A stretch of 64,000 bases of DNA, taken from positions 1-64,000 of IMG/VR virus record IMGVR_UViG_3300045976_000088. The stretch is one strand, 5' to 3'. The notes under the pieces were generated by a model that saw only the letters and a program-made list of their open reading frames with translations, had not been told where the DNA came from and ran no database searches. Positions 9,441 to 19,215 of the stretch are shown in pieces (positions within the stretch are counted from its first letter, which is position 1; the number at the start of each line of letters is the position of its first letter). This DNA comes from a virus. Both the position numbers and the translations under genes were made by a program.

Positions 9441-10543
9441 ATCAGCACCTTCACCCTTTCTGCCGCGCGCGTGACCGCGGTGTAGAGCCATTGGTCAGAT
9501 GTCTCGCGGAACACCATGCTCTCATCGAAGATGAGCACGTCGTCCCATTGTGAACCTTGTGCCTTATGACACGTGGCGGCCCACGCCCAATCGAACTCCT
9601 CGAAGCGCTTGCGAACGCGCCAATCCATGTTGTTCTTCGGGTCGCCTCCGAAGAACTCCAGGTGCGTATCGACCTTCAAGCCGTCGCCTAGCCCGTCGAT
9701 CGAGTCGATCACCAGCTTGATGCGCTCGGGGTGCCCGCTGACGTCCTTGGCAATCCACTGGCTTCCGTTGAGCAGGCCGACCAGCTTGTTGTTCTTCAGG
9801 CACATCAGTCGCTCGCCGACCATCGGCAGCTTGTCGGTGTAGCCCTTGAGCTCGCGGATGCGGCGGTTGAGCGTGTTGCGGGTCTTGTTCAGCCCCACCA
9901 GCACCTGGTCGGCGCCGAGCGCGTGCTGCGCGAGCTCGTCGCGCGGCACGTCGGTGCGCCGGCACACCCAGCTATCACCGTACTGACCCACGGCGAGGCC
10001 GCGACCCTCGCGGATGTCCATCGACATGCGAATGATCGGGTTGTCCTGCGCCTGCCGGTGGATCTCGTCGAGCAGGATGTCGGGAGCGCAACCGGTGAAG
10101 AACCCCTCTCCGTTGATCGGCGGCAGTTGGAACGGGTCGCCCAGCACCAACACCTTAGTGCCGAAGCTCAGCACGTCACCGCCAAGATCGGGTCCGACCA
10201 TCGACACCTCGTCGACGATCAGCAGCCGCACGCCGGACAGCGGGCCGTCGTGGTTGAGGACGAACGTCACCTCGCCGGTGTCTTCGTTCTCCTGCGGCTT
10301 GTAGCAGAGGCTGTGCAGCGTGCCCGCTCCGTCGCAGCCCTTCTTCTGCAAGACGAGCGCGGCCTTACCCGTGAAGCATCCGAACAGCGCGCCGCCGCCG
10401 ATGTCTTCATTGATCTGCTTGGCGAGCGTGGTCTTGCCTGTGCCTGCGTAGCCAAAGAGGCGGAACACCTGCTGGCTATGTGGGTCTTTGAACCACCGCG
10501 CGATCGCCTTCAGCGCCGCGTCTTGCTTGGGACTCCATTGCAT
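9437..10543 (-). CDS. RecD/Dda-like SF1B DNA helicase
   Basis: GYAGTGKT, VDEVSM, GDPFQLPP, TCHKAQGSQW, LYTAVTRA. Confidence 0.9.
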   Translation of the reverse strand: MQWSPKQDAALKAIARWFKDPHSQQVFRLFGYAGTGKTTLAKQINEDIGGGALFGCFTGKAALVLQKKGCDGAGTLHSLCYKPQENEDTGEVTFVLNHDGPLSGVRLLIVDEVSMVGPDLGGDVLSFGTKVLVLGDPFQLPPINGEGFFTGCAPDILLDEIHRQAQDNPIIRMSMDIREGRGLAVGQYGDSWVCRRTDVPRDELAQHALGADQVLVGLNKTRNTLNRRIRELKGYTDKLPMVGERLMCLKNNKLVGLLNGSQWIAKDVSGHPERIKLVIDSIDGLGDGLKVDTHLEFFGGDPKNNMDWRVRKRFEEFDWAWAATCHKAQGSQWDDVLIFDESMVFRETSDQWLYTAVTRAAERVKVLM

Positions 10544-10559
10544 ACACTCTTTCGTTGGG

Positions 10560-11162
10560 TCACGACTTGGGGCCGTACAGCGCGGTGAAGGCCTCGACGT
10601 CTACCTGCGCGACGCGGACATGCGCGCGATCCTTCCCGCGCCAGCTAACGCTGTGCTGCAGCCCGGGCAGCGTGAATGCTGCCTCCCACTCATCGCTGTT
10701 CCAATGCGCGCCGATGCAGGGGCCTGCGTAGGCGTGGATGACAGAGATGGTCTCCGGGTACTTAGCTAGCACCATCTCGACCACGGCTACCTTGCCGGCT
10801 TCGCGCTCTCGTTCCGCAGCGAAGTCGATCGCCTGGCAACGTGCGCAGCACCATGCGCGCGTGCCGACGCACACCGGCTGCTTCTCGAAGAAGAATCCCT
10901 CGTCGTCTTGGCCTTCTTCGTTCCATTCTTCTTGAATGCGCTCGCTGCAGCCGTGGCACTCAAGCCACCAGCCCGCGTCGAGCAGTGCTTGCGCCGGCAC
11001 CGGTCCTGGCGCGTACTGGTCGAACTCCGGTGCGCGCCGGCAGGTGTCGACGGTCGACCAGTCGCCGCCGAGCTCAAGGCCGCCTTCGCGGCGCGCGGCC
11101 GCGTTGCTGTTGGCGAAGACGACGATCCCGCCCTCATCGTCCTGGACGCTGTATGCCTTCAA
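10560..11162 (-). CDS. Hypothetical Cys-containing phage protein
   Basis: GGAG RBS; CHGC and CCARC. Confidence 0.65.
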   Translation of the reverse strand: MKAYSVQDDEGGIVVFANSNAAARREGGLELGGDWSTVDTCRRAPEFDQYAPGPVPAQALLDAGWWLECHGCSERIQEEWNEEGQDDEGFFFEKQPVCVGTRAWCCARCQAIDFAAEREREAGKVAVVEMVLAKYPETISVIHAYAGPCIGAHWNSDEWEAAFTLPGLQHSVSWRGKDRAHVRVAQVDVEAFTALYGPKS

Positions 11163-11181
11163 GGTTCTCTCCGAATCAGAA

Positions 11182-11205
11182 GCGGCGGGGTTGTGGCCCC
11201 GCCGC
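11182..11205. terminator. GC-rich hairpin after xis-like gene
   Basis: GCGGCGGGG..CCCCGCCGC. Confidence 0.45.
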
Positions 11206-11211
11206 GCTCTG

Positions 11212-11415
11212 TCACTTCCGATACTCGCTCGTGCTCTCCACGGTTCGGCGGTCTTCCCAGTCGACTAGCTCGTCGAGTGGGTACAGCACGCGGCCTCCGC
11301 ACCTGGTGAACTTCGGTCCTGTGCCGAGATACCGCCAGTTTGCGAGGGTGCGGACGCTAACGCGGCCGTTCCATCGCGCTGACACCTGGTCAGGTGTCAG
11401 GTAGGTGCGATTCAG
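11212..11415 (-). CDS. Excisionase/AlpA-like winged-HTH protein (probable CTG start; not in ORF track)
   Basis: YLTPDQVSARWNGRVSVRTLANWRYLGTGPKFTRCGGRVLYPLDELVDWE. Confidence 0.8.
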   Translation of the reverse strand: MNRTYLTPDQVSARWNGRVSVRTLANWRYLGTGPKFTRCGGRVLYPLDELVDWEDRRTVESTSEYRK

Positions 11416-11464
11416 CCAACACCAGCCCGGCGCGAGGCCTGCTGGAAGTCAAAACATAGCAACA

Positions 11465-12550
11465 TCAGAACACGTCCTCGCTCTGACCCGCCGCCTCTGC
11501 CGATGGTGCAGCGGGCGGCGCGGGAGGCGCACTATCTTCGACCTGCTGCTGCGCGTCTTTTGCGGCGCTGCTATCGGATTCCGCCTGCTTGCTCGCGCGA
11601 GGCGCGGGCGCAGGTTTCGGTGCACTCGCCTTCGGCGCAGGAGCGGGCGCCGGTGCCGTAGCAGCATTGGCCTTCGCCTGCTGCGTGAGAGCGGCTGCCG
11701 TATTGGCGGTCGCGATCGCGTTGGGGTCGGGGATCTCGAAGTATTCCGACGGCTTCGCGCCTTCCTTCAGCGCGTTGAAGATGCCCACCAGGTCGGCGAG
11801 CTCGTCCACCGTGGTCGTGTCGAGCTTGTGGCTCAGTTTCGCCTCCAGGTGCGCGACCTGAACGCCGAAGCGGCCAAACGCCTGCACCATGTCGTTGATG
11901 CGTTGGCTGATCGGCTTGTCGTTTCCGCCCGCCAGCGTGCGCTTGCAAGCCTCCTGGCCTGCCATCACGAGGCCCTTGGGCAGCAGCGCCAGGATGCGGC
12001 CGCGCATCTGCTTGCTGGCGACGTTGGCGATGCGGTTGTCGATGTCGGCCTGGTCGCGCAGCACCTTCGGGCCGTTCTTGGTGTCGACCACGTGCTCGAC
12101 GGTCAGCTGGCGGACGGAGTGGTTGCCCTTCTCCGTGTCCCATGCGTACACCTCGATCACGCTGCGCCCCTTGTCGCGCGACAGTTCACGGTGGCCGAAC
12201 TCGAAGTTGCCGTAGCAGCGCGCCGCCTCCTCGGCGAAGCGGATCGACGGGCCGCTGCCGCGGTTCGGCACGGCGTAGAACGCCACCGCGGCGAACTCGG
12301 GGATCTTGCAGGCCTCCATGAAGTCGGCCATCGCCTGCGTCATGCTGCGCGGGAACTTGCGGGCCAGCAGCTGCTTGCCCTGGGCCTCGGCGATCGCGCG
12401 CTGCGACTCGATCTCGACGACGGCCGCATTCACGCCTGAGCCGGCCTGCTGCATGCGCTCGAAGGGATTCGCTGCAACGACGGGCGCCGCCGGCGGCAAA
12501 ACATCGACCTGTGCGTTGGCCGGATGGTTGGGGTCCATGATGTCGTTCAT
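11465..12550 (-). CDS. Putative recombination (strand-annealing-like) protein
   Basis: GPSIRFAEEAARCYGN core, acidic tail ending EDVF; same operon as RecE-like exonuclease. Confidence 0.5.
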   Translation of the reverse strand: MNDIMDPNHPANAQVDVLPPAAPVVAANPFERMQQAGSGVNAAVVEIESQRAIAEAQGKQLLARKFPRSMTQAMADFMEACKIPEFAAVAFYAVPNRGSGPSIRFAEEAARCYGNFEFGHRELSRDKGRSVIEVYAWDTEKGNHSVRQLTVEHVVDTKNGPKVLRDQADIDNRIANVASKQMRGRILALLPKGLVMAGQEACKRTLAGGNDKPISQRINDMVQAFGRFGVQVAHLEAKLSHKLDTTTVDELADLVGIFNALKEGAKPSEYFEIPDPNAIATANTAAALTQQAKANAATAPAPAPAPKASAPKPAPAPRASKQAESDSSAAKDAQQQVEDSAPPAPPAAPSAEAAGQSEDVF

Positions 12551-12579
12551 GTGCTTGGTTCTCTCTCGTGGTGGCTTGA

Positions 12580-13140
12580 TCAGTGCTGGGTGCTGGTGGA
12601 CGCCTTGTTGGCTTCCTCCATTTTCGCGAGCACATGTTCGGTGATGATCTGCAGGCCCGTCAGGTAGCTGTTCACGATGGCCTGGTTGCCGGCGACGTAC
12701 ACCAGCGCGCCAGCGGGCTGGCCGGTGGTTGCATCGACGATCGTTTGCGCAGCGCAGAGCTCGTGCGACGACGCCATGAACGACGCGATCAGTTCGAGCG
12801 GCGCCTGCATGACGTCCTTGGCGGACGGCTGCGCGACTTCGGTGCGCTCGTCGACCAGGCTGTACTCGCCGATGCTCCACTCCAGCACCGGAGGCTTGAA
12901 GGCCACCAGTCTGCCGTGCTTCTTCATCACGTCATCGACGTCCATGTTGTTGAGCAACCAGTCGCGCACCTGGTAGCCGTCATCGAACAGTTCGGTCGTG
13001 TCGACCTTGGCCTCGTCGAGCGTCTTGAACTCGTCCGGGCAGTGCATGAGGTAGTAGGCGGCGCGATCGTTGACGATGATTTCGGTGGGCAACTCGAACA
13101 CGTGCCCGCTCGGCAGAGCGAACTGGATGTAGGGCTTCAT
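12580..13140 (-). CDS. Hypothetical protein
   Basis: AGGAG RBS, typical codon usage. Confidence 0.7.
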   Translation of the reverse strand: MKPYIQFALPSGHVFELPTEIIVNDRAAYYLMHCPDEFKTLDEAKVDTTELFDDGYQVRDWLLNNMDVDDVMKKHGRLVAFKPPVLEWSIGEYSLVDERTEVAQPSAKDVMQAPLELIASFMASSHELCAAQTIVDATTGQPAGALVYVAGNQAIVNSYLTGLQIITEHVLAKMEEANKASTSTQH

Positions 13141-13175
13141 GATGCTCCTGGTTGGTGGTTGATGATTATATTTGA

Positions 13176-14468
13176 TCAGCCGGCCGTGGCGATCTTGAAC
13201 GGTTCATCCGTGACGCGCGTCACGAACAGCTGCAGCCCGGCGGCGGCCGCGCCCTTGCGCAGTTCATCGCGGCTGTCCTTGTCGAGCGATTCGAGACGGT
13301 CGACGCATGCGATCGCCAGGTCGCCGGCGCGCAGCTTCGCCACCTCGACGGCAATCTGAACCTGCTGCGCCGTGTTGAGCCGGTCGAGCGGCACGCCGTC
13401 GCGGAACACCTCGCCGTCTCGCACCTCCAGGCCAGGAATCGGCAGAGATTGCAGGAGCTCGCCCTTGTAGGCCTCCAGCGCCTCCAGCGCCGCCGTCTGG
13501 CGGTCGGCGTCAGCCTGAAGCGCCTCGGCTTCCTTCTCCAGCTTGGCGATGGTCTCCAGCGCACCGGCGCGCTTTGCTACCGCATCGCGGTTCGCGCGCA
13601 GTGTGGTGAGGGCGGCCGTCTTCGGCCCCGTGGTGTCGGTGTAGGTCTTCAGCGCGTTCTCGCGCGCCGCGGCGGCCCGCTGAGACTGCGTGTCGAGCCC
13701 AGCCTTCACTTCGTCGATCTGCCGCTGCGCCTCGGCGCGGATCTCGTCGATCTTCTTCTGCGCCTCGTCGCGGAGGCCGCTGAGCTTGGCGTCGATCTTC
13801 TGCAGCGTCGTGTCGCGCGCCGCGGCCGCAGCCGCAATCTCAGCCTCCAGCGACGCCTCGTCGCCTTCCACGCCGCCGGGCGCCTCGGGCATGGCCTGGC
13901 GCAGCTGGCTGATCGTGGCTTCCTTCTCCTTCACCGCGCGGTTCGTGCCGGTGCGATCGTCGTAGACCTGCTTGCGCACGGTCTCGATCACTTCCAGCGC
14001 GTGGCGCTCGGCGAGCGCTGAAGCGTCGATCCCGGTGATTTTCGTCAGGCGCTCGGGGTCCGCAGTCAGCGGCATCGCGTCGAGCAGCACGCGCACGCGC
14101 TCCTTCGGCTTGGCGAGCAGGAAATCGACTGGGTTCACCGACAGCACGTCAGCCAGGCCCTGGATCACTTCGGCCGGCTTCGCCAGAGCCTTGCCGTCCG
14201 CTCCCTTCACCGTGGTGCGCGCGCCGGCCTGGCTGACGGCCTTGCGGATTGTGGTGCCGTCATCGAGCACCAGCACCACCTCGCCGCGCTCTGCGCCCTT
14301 GCGCAGCAGCGTGGCGTCTTCGCCGACGCCGAGCGCGGCCTTGATCGCTTCCAGCACGCTGGTCTTGCCGGTGCCGTTGGTGCCGCTGATCTGCGTGTAG
14401 CCCTTGGGTGTGAGCTCAAGATCCTCGATGCCGAGGATGTTGGAGATTTGGATTTTGGAGATGCGCAT
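13176..14468 (-). CDS. SMC/Rad50-like ABC ATPase with coiled coil
   Basis: GTNGTGKTS Walker A, long coiled coil, LNTAQ signature-like, CVDRLESLD Walker B/D-loop. Confidence 0.8.
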   Translation of the reverse strand: MRISKIQISNILGIEDLELTPKGYTQISGTNGTGKTSVLEAIKAALGVGEDATLLRKGAERGEVVLVLDDGTTIRKAVSQAGARTTVKGADGKALAKPAEVIQGLADVLSVNPVDFLLAKPKERVRVLLDAMPLTADPERLTKITGIDASALAERHALEVIETVRKQVYDDRTGTNRAVKEKEATISQLRQAMPEAPGGVEGDEASLEAEIAAAAAARDTTLQKIDAKLSGLRDEAQKKIDEIRAEAQRQIDEVKAGLDTQSQRAAAARENALKTYTDTTGPKTAALTTLRANRDAVAKRAGALETIAKLEKEAEALQADADRQTAALEALEAYKGELLQSLPIPGLEVRDGEVFRDGVPLDRLNTAQQVQIAVEVAKLRAGDLAIACVDRLESLDKDSRDELRKGAAAAGLQLFVTRVTDEPFKIATAG

Positions 14469-14481
14469 GGTGTTCCAGTAG

Positions 14482-14979
14482 TTATGCCGCCGCACGGCGC
14501 AACACCGGCACCACGTGCCCGAGCTTGCTGCGCTCCAGCGCTGCGACGTTGGAGATGCCGTAGGCGACCAAGCAAATCGGTGCCCCGGAATTGAAAGGCG
14601 CCCTTGCGCCGTCGACGTAGTGGAAATGCGGCCGACCTTCGATGAACAGCACCGCGTCGGCCGCGCCCCATACGCATTCGTAGAACATCGACGTCTCGGT
14701 GCGAGCCGGAATCAGCGCGATGCCGTTTCCGTGGCCCACCATGCGGCGCAGCCAGTGCACGGCTTCGCGACCGAACGGCGGGTTGCACCACACGCGACCG
14801 ACCCAAGCCTGCGCCAGGCCGTTGTCCTCGATCGTGTAGTGCTTCGCTGCGGTCTCCCATGGACGGGCGATCGGCGCGCATGGATCGAGATCGAAGCTGC
14901 CAAGCGCTCGAAGAATCTCGGGCGGCGTCAGCCACTCGTCGTTCTTCATGCGGGCGGATTGGTGAGCGGACAGGCCCAT
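14482..14979 (-). CDS. Phage Dam-family DNA N6-adenine methyltransferase
   Basis: DEWLTP, FDLDPCA, WCNPPF, LIPART. Confidence 0.85.
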   Translation of the reverse strand: MGLSAHQSARMKNDEWLTPPEILRALGSFDLDPCAPIARPWETAAKHYTIEDNGLAQAWVGRVWCNPPFGREAVHWLRRMVGHGNGIALIPARTETSMFYECVWGAADAVLFIEGRPHFHYVDGARAPFNSGAPICLVAYGISNVAALERSKLGHVVPVLRRAAA

Positions 14980-14983
14980 GGTG

Positions 14984-15598
14984 TTAGCGGCCGATTGCGG
15001 CCTGGATGAGTTCGTAAGCCTTCGGCGCGCTGCCCTTGCCTTCGCGCCAGAGCGGAGATTCGCGGTCCATGGCGGCGCAGATTGCCGGCCACGCATCGAC
15101 CAGGCGTGACCACTCTGGCGACAAGTCGCGCATCAAGTGGAAGCGTTCGAGCAGCATAGGGCACTGCGCCAGCAGCAGGCGGCAGCGCGCTACGTCGCTG
15201 GGGTCGTAGGGGTGCGCCTTCGCGTCCCTTTCGTTGCAGATTCGCGCGCCAGTCAGGTGCTGGAACATCGCCTCGCTGCTCATGCCGCGCTCCCCAGTGG
15301 TAAGCCATTCCACGAGTTCTGGCTGCAGGTTCGGGAAGCGCTGCTTGGTGCGCGCCACTGCTGATGGAGCGAGGAGCGACTTCAGAAGATCGAGATCGGC
15401 GCGCAGGCCGAATGCGAAGTTCGCGCCTGCCATGCTAGCCACAGTCGGATCGACGACAGCATTGCGCGGAGCCAGCTTCGTCAGCACGGTCATCGCGCTG
15501 AGCGGAACGTCGCCGAAGATCAGAATGCAGTTGTCGCGATGGAGGATGCGATACTCGGCGTAGCCGGCTCCTCCGATCAGTGTTGTCTTGTGTGCCAT
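14984..15598 (-). CDS. Hypothetical phage protein
   Basis: WLTTGERGMSS...PYDPSDVARC. Confidence 0.65.
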   Translation of the reverse strand: MAHKTTLIGGAGYAEYRILHRDNCILIFGDVPLSAMTVLTKLAPRNAVVDPTVASMAGANFAFGLRADLDLLKSLLAPSAVARTKQRFPNLQPELVEWLTTGERGMSSEAMFQHLTGARICNERDAKAHPYDPSDVARCRLLLAQCPMLLERFHLMRDLSPEWSRLVDAWPAICAAMDRESPLWREGKGSAPKAYELIQAAIGR

Positions 15599-15674
15599 GT
15601 TCAGAGGTAGAGAAAGGAAAGGATCGCCGACAGCCCAGCGAGAAAGATCAGGGTGTCGATAACGTTGCGCCGGC

Positions 15675-15890
15675 TCACTGCACGAACTCCGCTTCGGGCG
15701 CGACCTGTGGGCCTGCGTGCACGGTGATAAGCAGGTCGCAGCGCGACAGGCAGCCATCGTTGCGCGTGGTCATCGCATCGTGGTCGACGAGCGCCACGTC
15801 GAGCCCATCGGCCGCGTACAGGAACATGAGCTCGCGCGCGAACAACGAACGCCCGCTGCGTGGGCCACCAGTGACGCGGATGTGTTTCAC
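15675..15890 (-). CDS. Small protein with degenerate P-loop-like motif
   Basis: VTGGPRSGRS; GTGA coupling. Confidence 0.45.
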   Translation of the reverse strand: MKHIRVTGGPRSGRSLFARELMFLYAADGLDVALVDHDAMTTRNDGCLSRCDLLITVHAGPQVAPEAEFVQ

Positions 15891-16747
15891 CGGCGCCACT
15901 CCGGCATTTCGAGCATCATCACCCCATTGCCGCCGTGGCCGGGCCAGTGCCCCGTTTGGCGCGCGCGCGCGATGCGCATGAACTGCTCGCGGGCCTGGAC
16001 GCGGCCGCGCTCGATCTGGTGCGGCTGCGCCATGTAGGGAACGATCTCGTAGGGGTAAGTCTTCTCGACGGCCAGGAACACCCACGCTTTGAACGGCTCG
16101 CCGAACGCCGTCACGAGGACGTCGTGGTACCAGCCGCATTGCCAGTCGTAGCGGTAGTTGTGCGCCGACTTGCCAAACCCGCGCTCGCTGGCGTCGTCGG
16201 TGCTCTTGACGTCGACCACCAGCGCGCTGCCCCAGTTCACTGCGTCGAGCTGGCACTTCACGAGCTCGCCGGTCTCTGGATCGATGGCGAACACCGGTTG
16301 CTCGGTGTCGCAGCCCGCGAGCAGCCCGCGCGCCACATCGTCGCGCAGCACCGCGTCGCGGATGGCGAGGGCCGTCTGGAAATCATCGTCGCTGAGGATC
16401 GTCTTGCCCTTGTTCTCGGCCTCGAACGCGGCGTACTCGGCCTTGCCGGCGTTGCTGCGGCGATCGATGCCTGGATTTGCCACGTACATCTGGCGCAGCA
16501 GGTCCGGCTGCAGCACCGCGCAGTGGATGGCGCTGCCGAGCACCTTCGCCGGCGTTTCTTTGTCGATGATGCGCTGACCCTCGGGGGCCAGGTAGCGGTG
16601 CCAGTATTTGCGCAGGCCGTTGTCGGCCACGTAGTCGAGGTGCGACTTCGATACGCCAGGCGCTGCGTGGTACTTGTCGTTGGTCATCTCGACGATGCCA
16701 AGCTGCACCACCTCGCCGGTCGCTGAATCAATGTACTCGCTGCCCAT
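15887..16747 (-). CDS. PD-(D/E)XK exonuclease VIII/RecE-like (DUF3799-type)
   Basis: YHA.PGVSKSHL, GSAIHC, KCQLD, VDVKST, YDWQCGWY, FLAVEK. Confidence 0.85.
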   Translation of the reverse strand: MGSEYIDSATGEVVQLGIVEMTNDKYHAAPGVSKSHLDYVADNGLRKYWHRYLAPEGQRIIDKETPAKVLGSAIHCAVLQPDLLRQMYVANPGIDRRSNAGKAEYAAFEAENKGKTILSDDDFQTALAIRDAVLRDDVARGLLAGCDTEQPVFAIDPETGELVKCQLDAVNWGSALVVDVKSTDDASERGFGKSAHNYRYDWQCGWYHDVLVTAFGEPFKAWVFLAVEKTYPYEIVPYMAQPHQIERGRVQAREQFMRIARARQTGHWPGHGGNGVMMLEMPEWRR

Positions 16748-16754
16748 GTCGCGC

Positions 16755-16942
16755 TGCTCAAAAATGATCTGACGTGAATTGTTGATCAAAAAAGAGTAGC
16801 ACGCAAGACTACAGCCCTAATTCATCCTCCGAATGCTTCCGACGTCACGGAACGTCACGCCGTTTCACTGCGCTCCATTTGCGTGGTTGTTCAAATCCGG
16901 TACACTCTCCGCTACCTACATTTGAGCAACCAAGGACGTGAA
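16755..16942. promoter_or_regulatory. Divergent control region with two operator copies and GTGACGTTCC direct repeats
   Basis: Operators at 16755-16770 and 16783-16798; 14-bp identity (16845-16858, reverse) with 7141-7154; TACACT -10 near 16901. Confidence 0.65.
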
Positions 16943-17173
16943 ATGCCTCAACCGCCGTTTGGCAAGGTCTTCGACGAGCGCCTGAAGGCGATCGAAGCCG
17001 AAGCTGTGGCCTGCGGCCTGAACTGGACGGACATCTGCACCGAGGCAGGCGTCAGCCGTGCGACACCCGATCGCTGGAAGAAGAAGAAGCCGAACACGAT
17101 CACGTTGATCGAGAAGATCGAAAAGGTCGTGGAGAAGCGAAAGAAGCAGCTGCAGCGCAACAGCGCGCAGTAA
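16943..17173 (+). CDS. Cro-like HTH regulator
   Basis: LNWTDICTEAGVSRATPDRWK; first gene of replication operon. Confidence 0.7.
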   Translation: MPQPPFGKVFDERLKAIEAEAVACGLNWTDICTEAGVSRATPDRWKKKKPNTITLIEKIEKVVEKRKKQLQRNSAQ

Positions 17174-17229
17174 GCACAAACACTGTTGGGTGCGGCATCA
17201 GACGTTAGCGCCGCGCCTGGGAAGATCGC

Positions 17230-18738
17230 ATGTCGAAGATCCAGCTGCGCGACTACCAGACCACGGCGGTCGAGGAGGTGCGCCAGGCTTTCCGCGACAA
17301 AGAATGGCCGGTGCTGTTTGTGCTCCCGACCGGTGGCGGCAAGACCTACACGTTCAGCTACATCGCAGACAGCGCGGCGCGCCTGGGGCGCCAGGTCGTC
17401 ATCATCGTGCACCGGAAGGAGCTGCTGCTGCAGGCCTCTGCGTCGCTGACGAACCTCGGGATCGACCATGGGCTGATCAGCCCCGACTTCACCCCGTCGC
17501 TACACGCCAAGGTGCAGGTCGCCAGCGTCGACACGCTGTTGCTGCGCCTGAAAAAGCCGCACTTCGCCACGTGGTTCGCGAAGTGCGGGCTCGTGATCTT
17601 CGACGAGGCGCACCACGTCGTTGCGTCGAACAAGTGGGGGCGCTGCTATGAGGCCCTGAACAAGCCGCCAATGCTGGGCGTGACAGCCACACCGGTGCGC
17701 ACTGATGGCAAAGGGCTCGGTGAGCATGCCGGCGGCCTGTTCAAGCGCATGGTGCTTGGCCCGTCGGTGCCGGAGCTCATCGAACGCGGCATGCTGATTG
17801 CGCCGCAGGTCTATACCAGCCTGGAGCTGCCGGACCTGGACGGCCTGAAGACCACGCGCGAAGGCGACTACGATGCTCGCGCGCTGGCCGAGCGCGTCGA
17901 CAAGCCGCGTATTACCGGTGACGCGGTGAGCCACTACCAAAAGCTCTGCCCTGGCCGGCGCGCCATCGTGTTCTGCAGCAGCATCGAGCACGCCAAGCAC
18001 GTGCGCGACCAGTTCAACGCCGTCGGCTATCGATTCGAGCTCCTGGTCGGCGCGCCGGAGATGAGTGACGACGAGCGCACGTCGGTCAACAAGAAGCTGC
18101 GCCGCGGCGAGATCCACGGCGCGTGCACCGTCGACCTGGTGAGCGAGGGCTACGACCTGCCCGACCTGGAGGTCTGCATCATGCTGCGCCCAACGGCCAG
18201 CGAGGCGCTGTTCATCCAGCAGGTGGGTCGCATCATGCGACCAGCGGAAGGCAAGACCACGTGCTGGTTGCTTGATCACGTCGGGAATGTTGGCGCTGTA
18301 ATAGATGGCGCATTCAAGCGCAAGCACGGCCTCCCCATCGAGGAGCGTGAATGGACCCTCGACGGCAGGAAGAAAAAGAAGAAGTCAAAGAAGGACGATG
18401 AGCCGACGATCCAGCTGAAGCAGTGCCCGAAGTGCTTCATCGTTCATGAGCCGGCGCCGCAGTGCCCTGCCTGCGGCCACGAGTATCCGGCTGGCAACCG
18501 CCAGGTCGAGCAGGTCGACGGCGAGCTCCAACAGATCACACCCGAGATGGCCGCCGCGCTGTCGGCTCAGCGCAAAAAAGAGGTTCAGAAGGCGAAGACG
18601 CTGGAGGAGCTGCAGCGCATCGCCAAAGACCGCGGCTACAGCGAGAAGTGGGCAGAGATCATGTTCGCGCAGAAGCAGCGCTTGCGCGAGAAGTACCGGC
18701 GGCCCGAGCCGCCCATCGAGGTCTACATGGACCGCTAA
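17230..18738 (+). CDS. SF2 DEAH helicase with C-terminal Zn ribbon
   Basis: LRDYQ, PTGGGKT, DEAHH, TATP, QQVGRIMR, CPKC..CPAC. Confidence 0.92.
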   Translation: MSKIQLRDYQTTAVEEVRQAFRDKEWPVLFVLPTGGGKTYTFSYIADSAARLGRQVVIIVHRKELLLQASASLTNLGIDHGLISPDFTPSLHAKVQVASVDTLLLRLKKPHFATWFAKCGLVIFDEAHHVVASNKWGRCYEALNKPPMLGVTATPVRTDGKGLGEHAGGLFKRMVLGPSVPELIERGMLIAPQVYTSLELPDLDGLKTTREGDYDARALAERVDKPRITGDAVSHYQKLCPGRRAIVFCSSIEHAKHVRDQFNAVGYRFELLVGAPEMSDDERTSVNKKLRRGEIHGACTVDLVSEGYDLPDLEVCIMLRPTASEALFIQQVGRIMRPAEGKTTCWLLDHVGNVGAVIDGAFKRKHGLPIEEREWTLDGRKKKKKSKKDDEPTIQLKQCPKCFIVHEPAPQCPACGHEYPAGNRQVEQVDGELQQITPEMAAALSAQRKKEVQKAKTLEELQRIAKDRGYSEKWAEIMFAQKQRLREKYRRPEPPIEVYMDR

Positions 18739-18753
18739 CCCTGAAAGGCAACT

Positions 18754-19209
18754 ATGTCATCCCTGAACCAAGTGCAGATCATCGGCCGGCTCGGCAAAGA
18801 CCCCGAGGTGCGCAACATGCCGAACGGTGATCCCATCTGCACACTGAACGTCGCCACGTCCGAGAGCTGGAAGGACAAGAACACCGGCGAGAAGAAAGAG
18901 GCCACCGAGTGGCACCGCATCGTGCTGTTCGGCAAGCTCGCTGAGATTTCCGGCCAGTATCTCAAGAAGGGATCGCTGGCTTTTTTCCAGGGCAAGCTGA
19001 AGACACGCAAGTGGCAGGACCAACAAGGCCAGGACCGCTACACCACCGAGATCAACGCCGACACGATGCGCATGCTCAGCGGTAGGGATGATGCTGGCGG
19101 TGGCGGTCGTGACTCTCAGAATGCTCCAGCCCCGGCGCAGCGCGCGCCGGCCCCTGCGCCGCGGCAGCAGCAGCGTCAGGACGACTTTGATCCGGATATT
19201 CCTTTTTGA
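18754..19209 (+). CDS. ssb: Single-stranded DNA-binding protein
   Basis: [22 protein letters not shown], acidic DIPF tail. Confidence 0.95.
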   Translation: MSSLNQVQIIGRLGKDPEVRNMPNGDPICTLNVATSESWKDKNTGEKKEATEWHRIVLFGKLAEISGQYLKKGSLAFFQGKLKTRKWQDQQGQDRYTTEINADTMRMLSGRDDAGGGGRDSQNAPAPAQRAPAPAPRQQQRQDDFDPDIPF

Positions 19210-19215
19210 TCCGAA

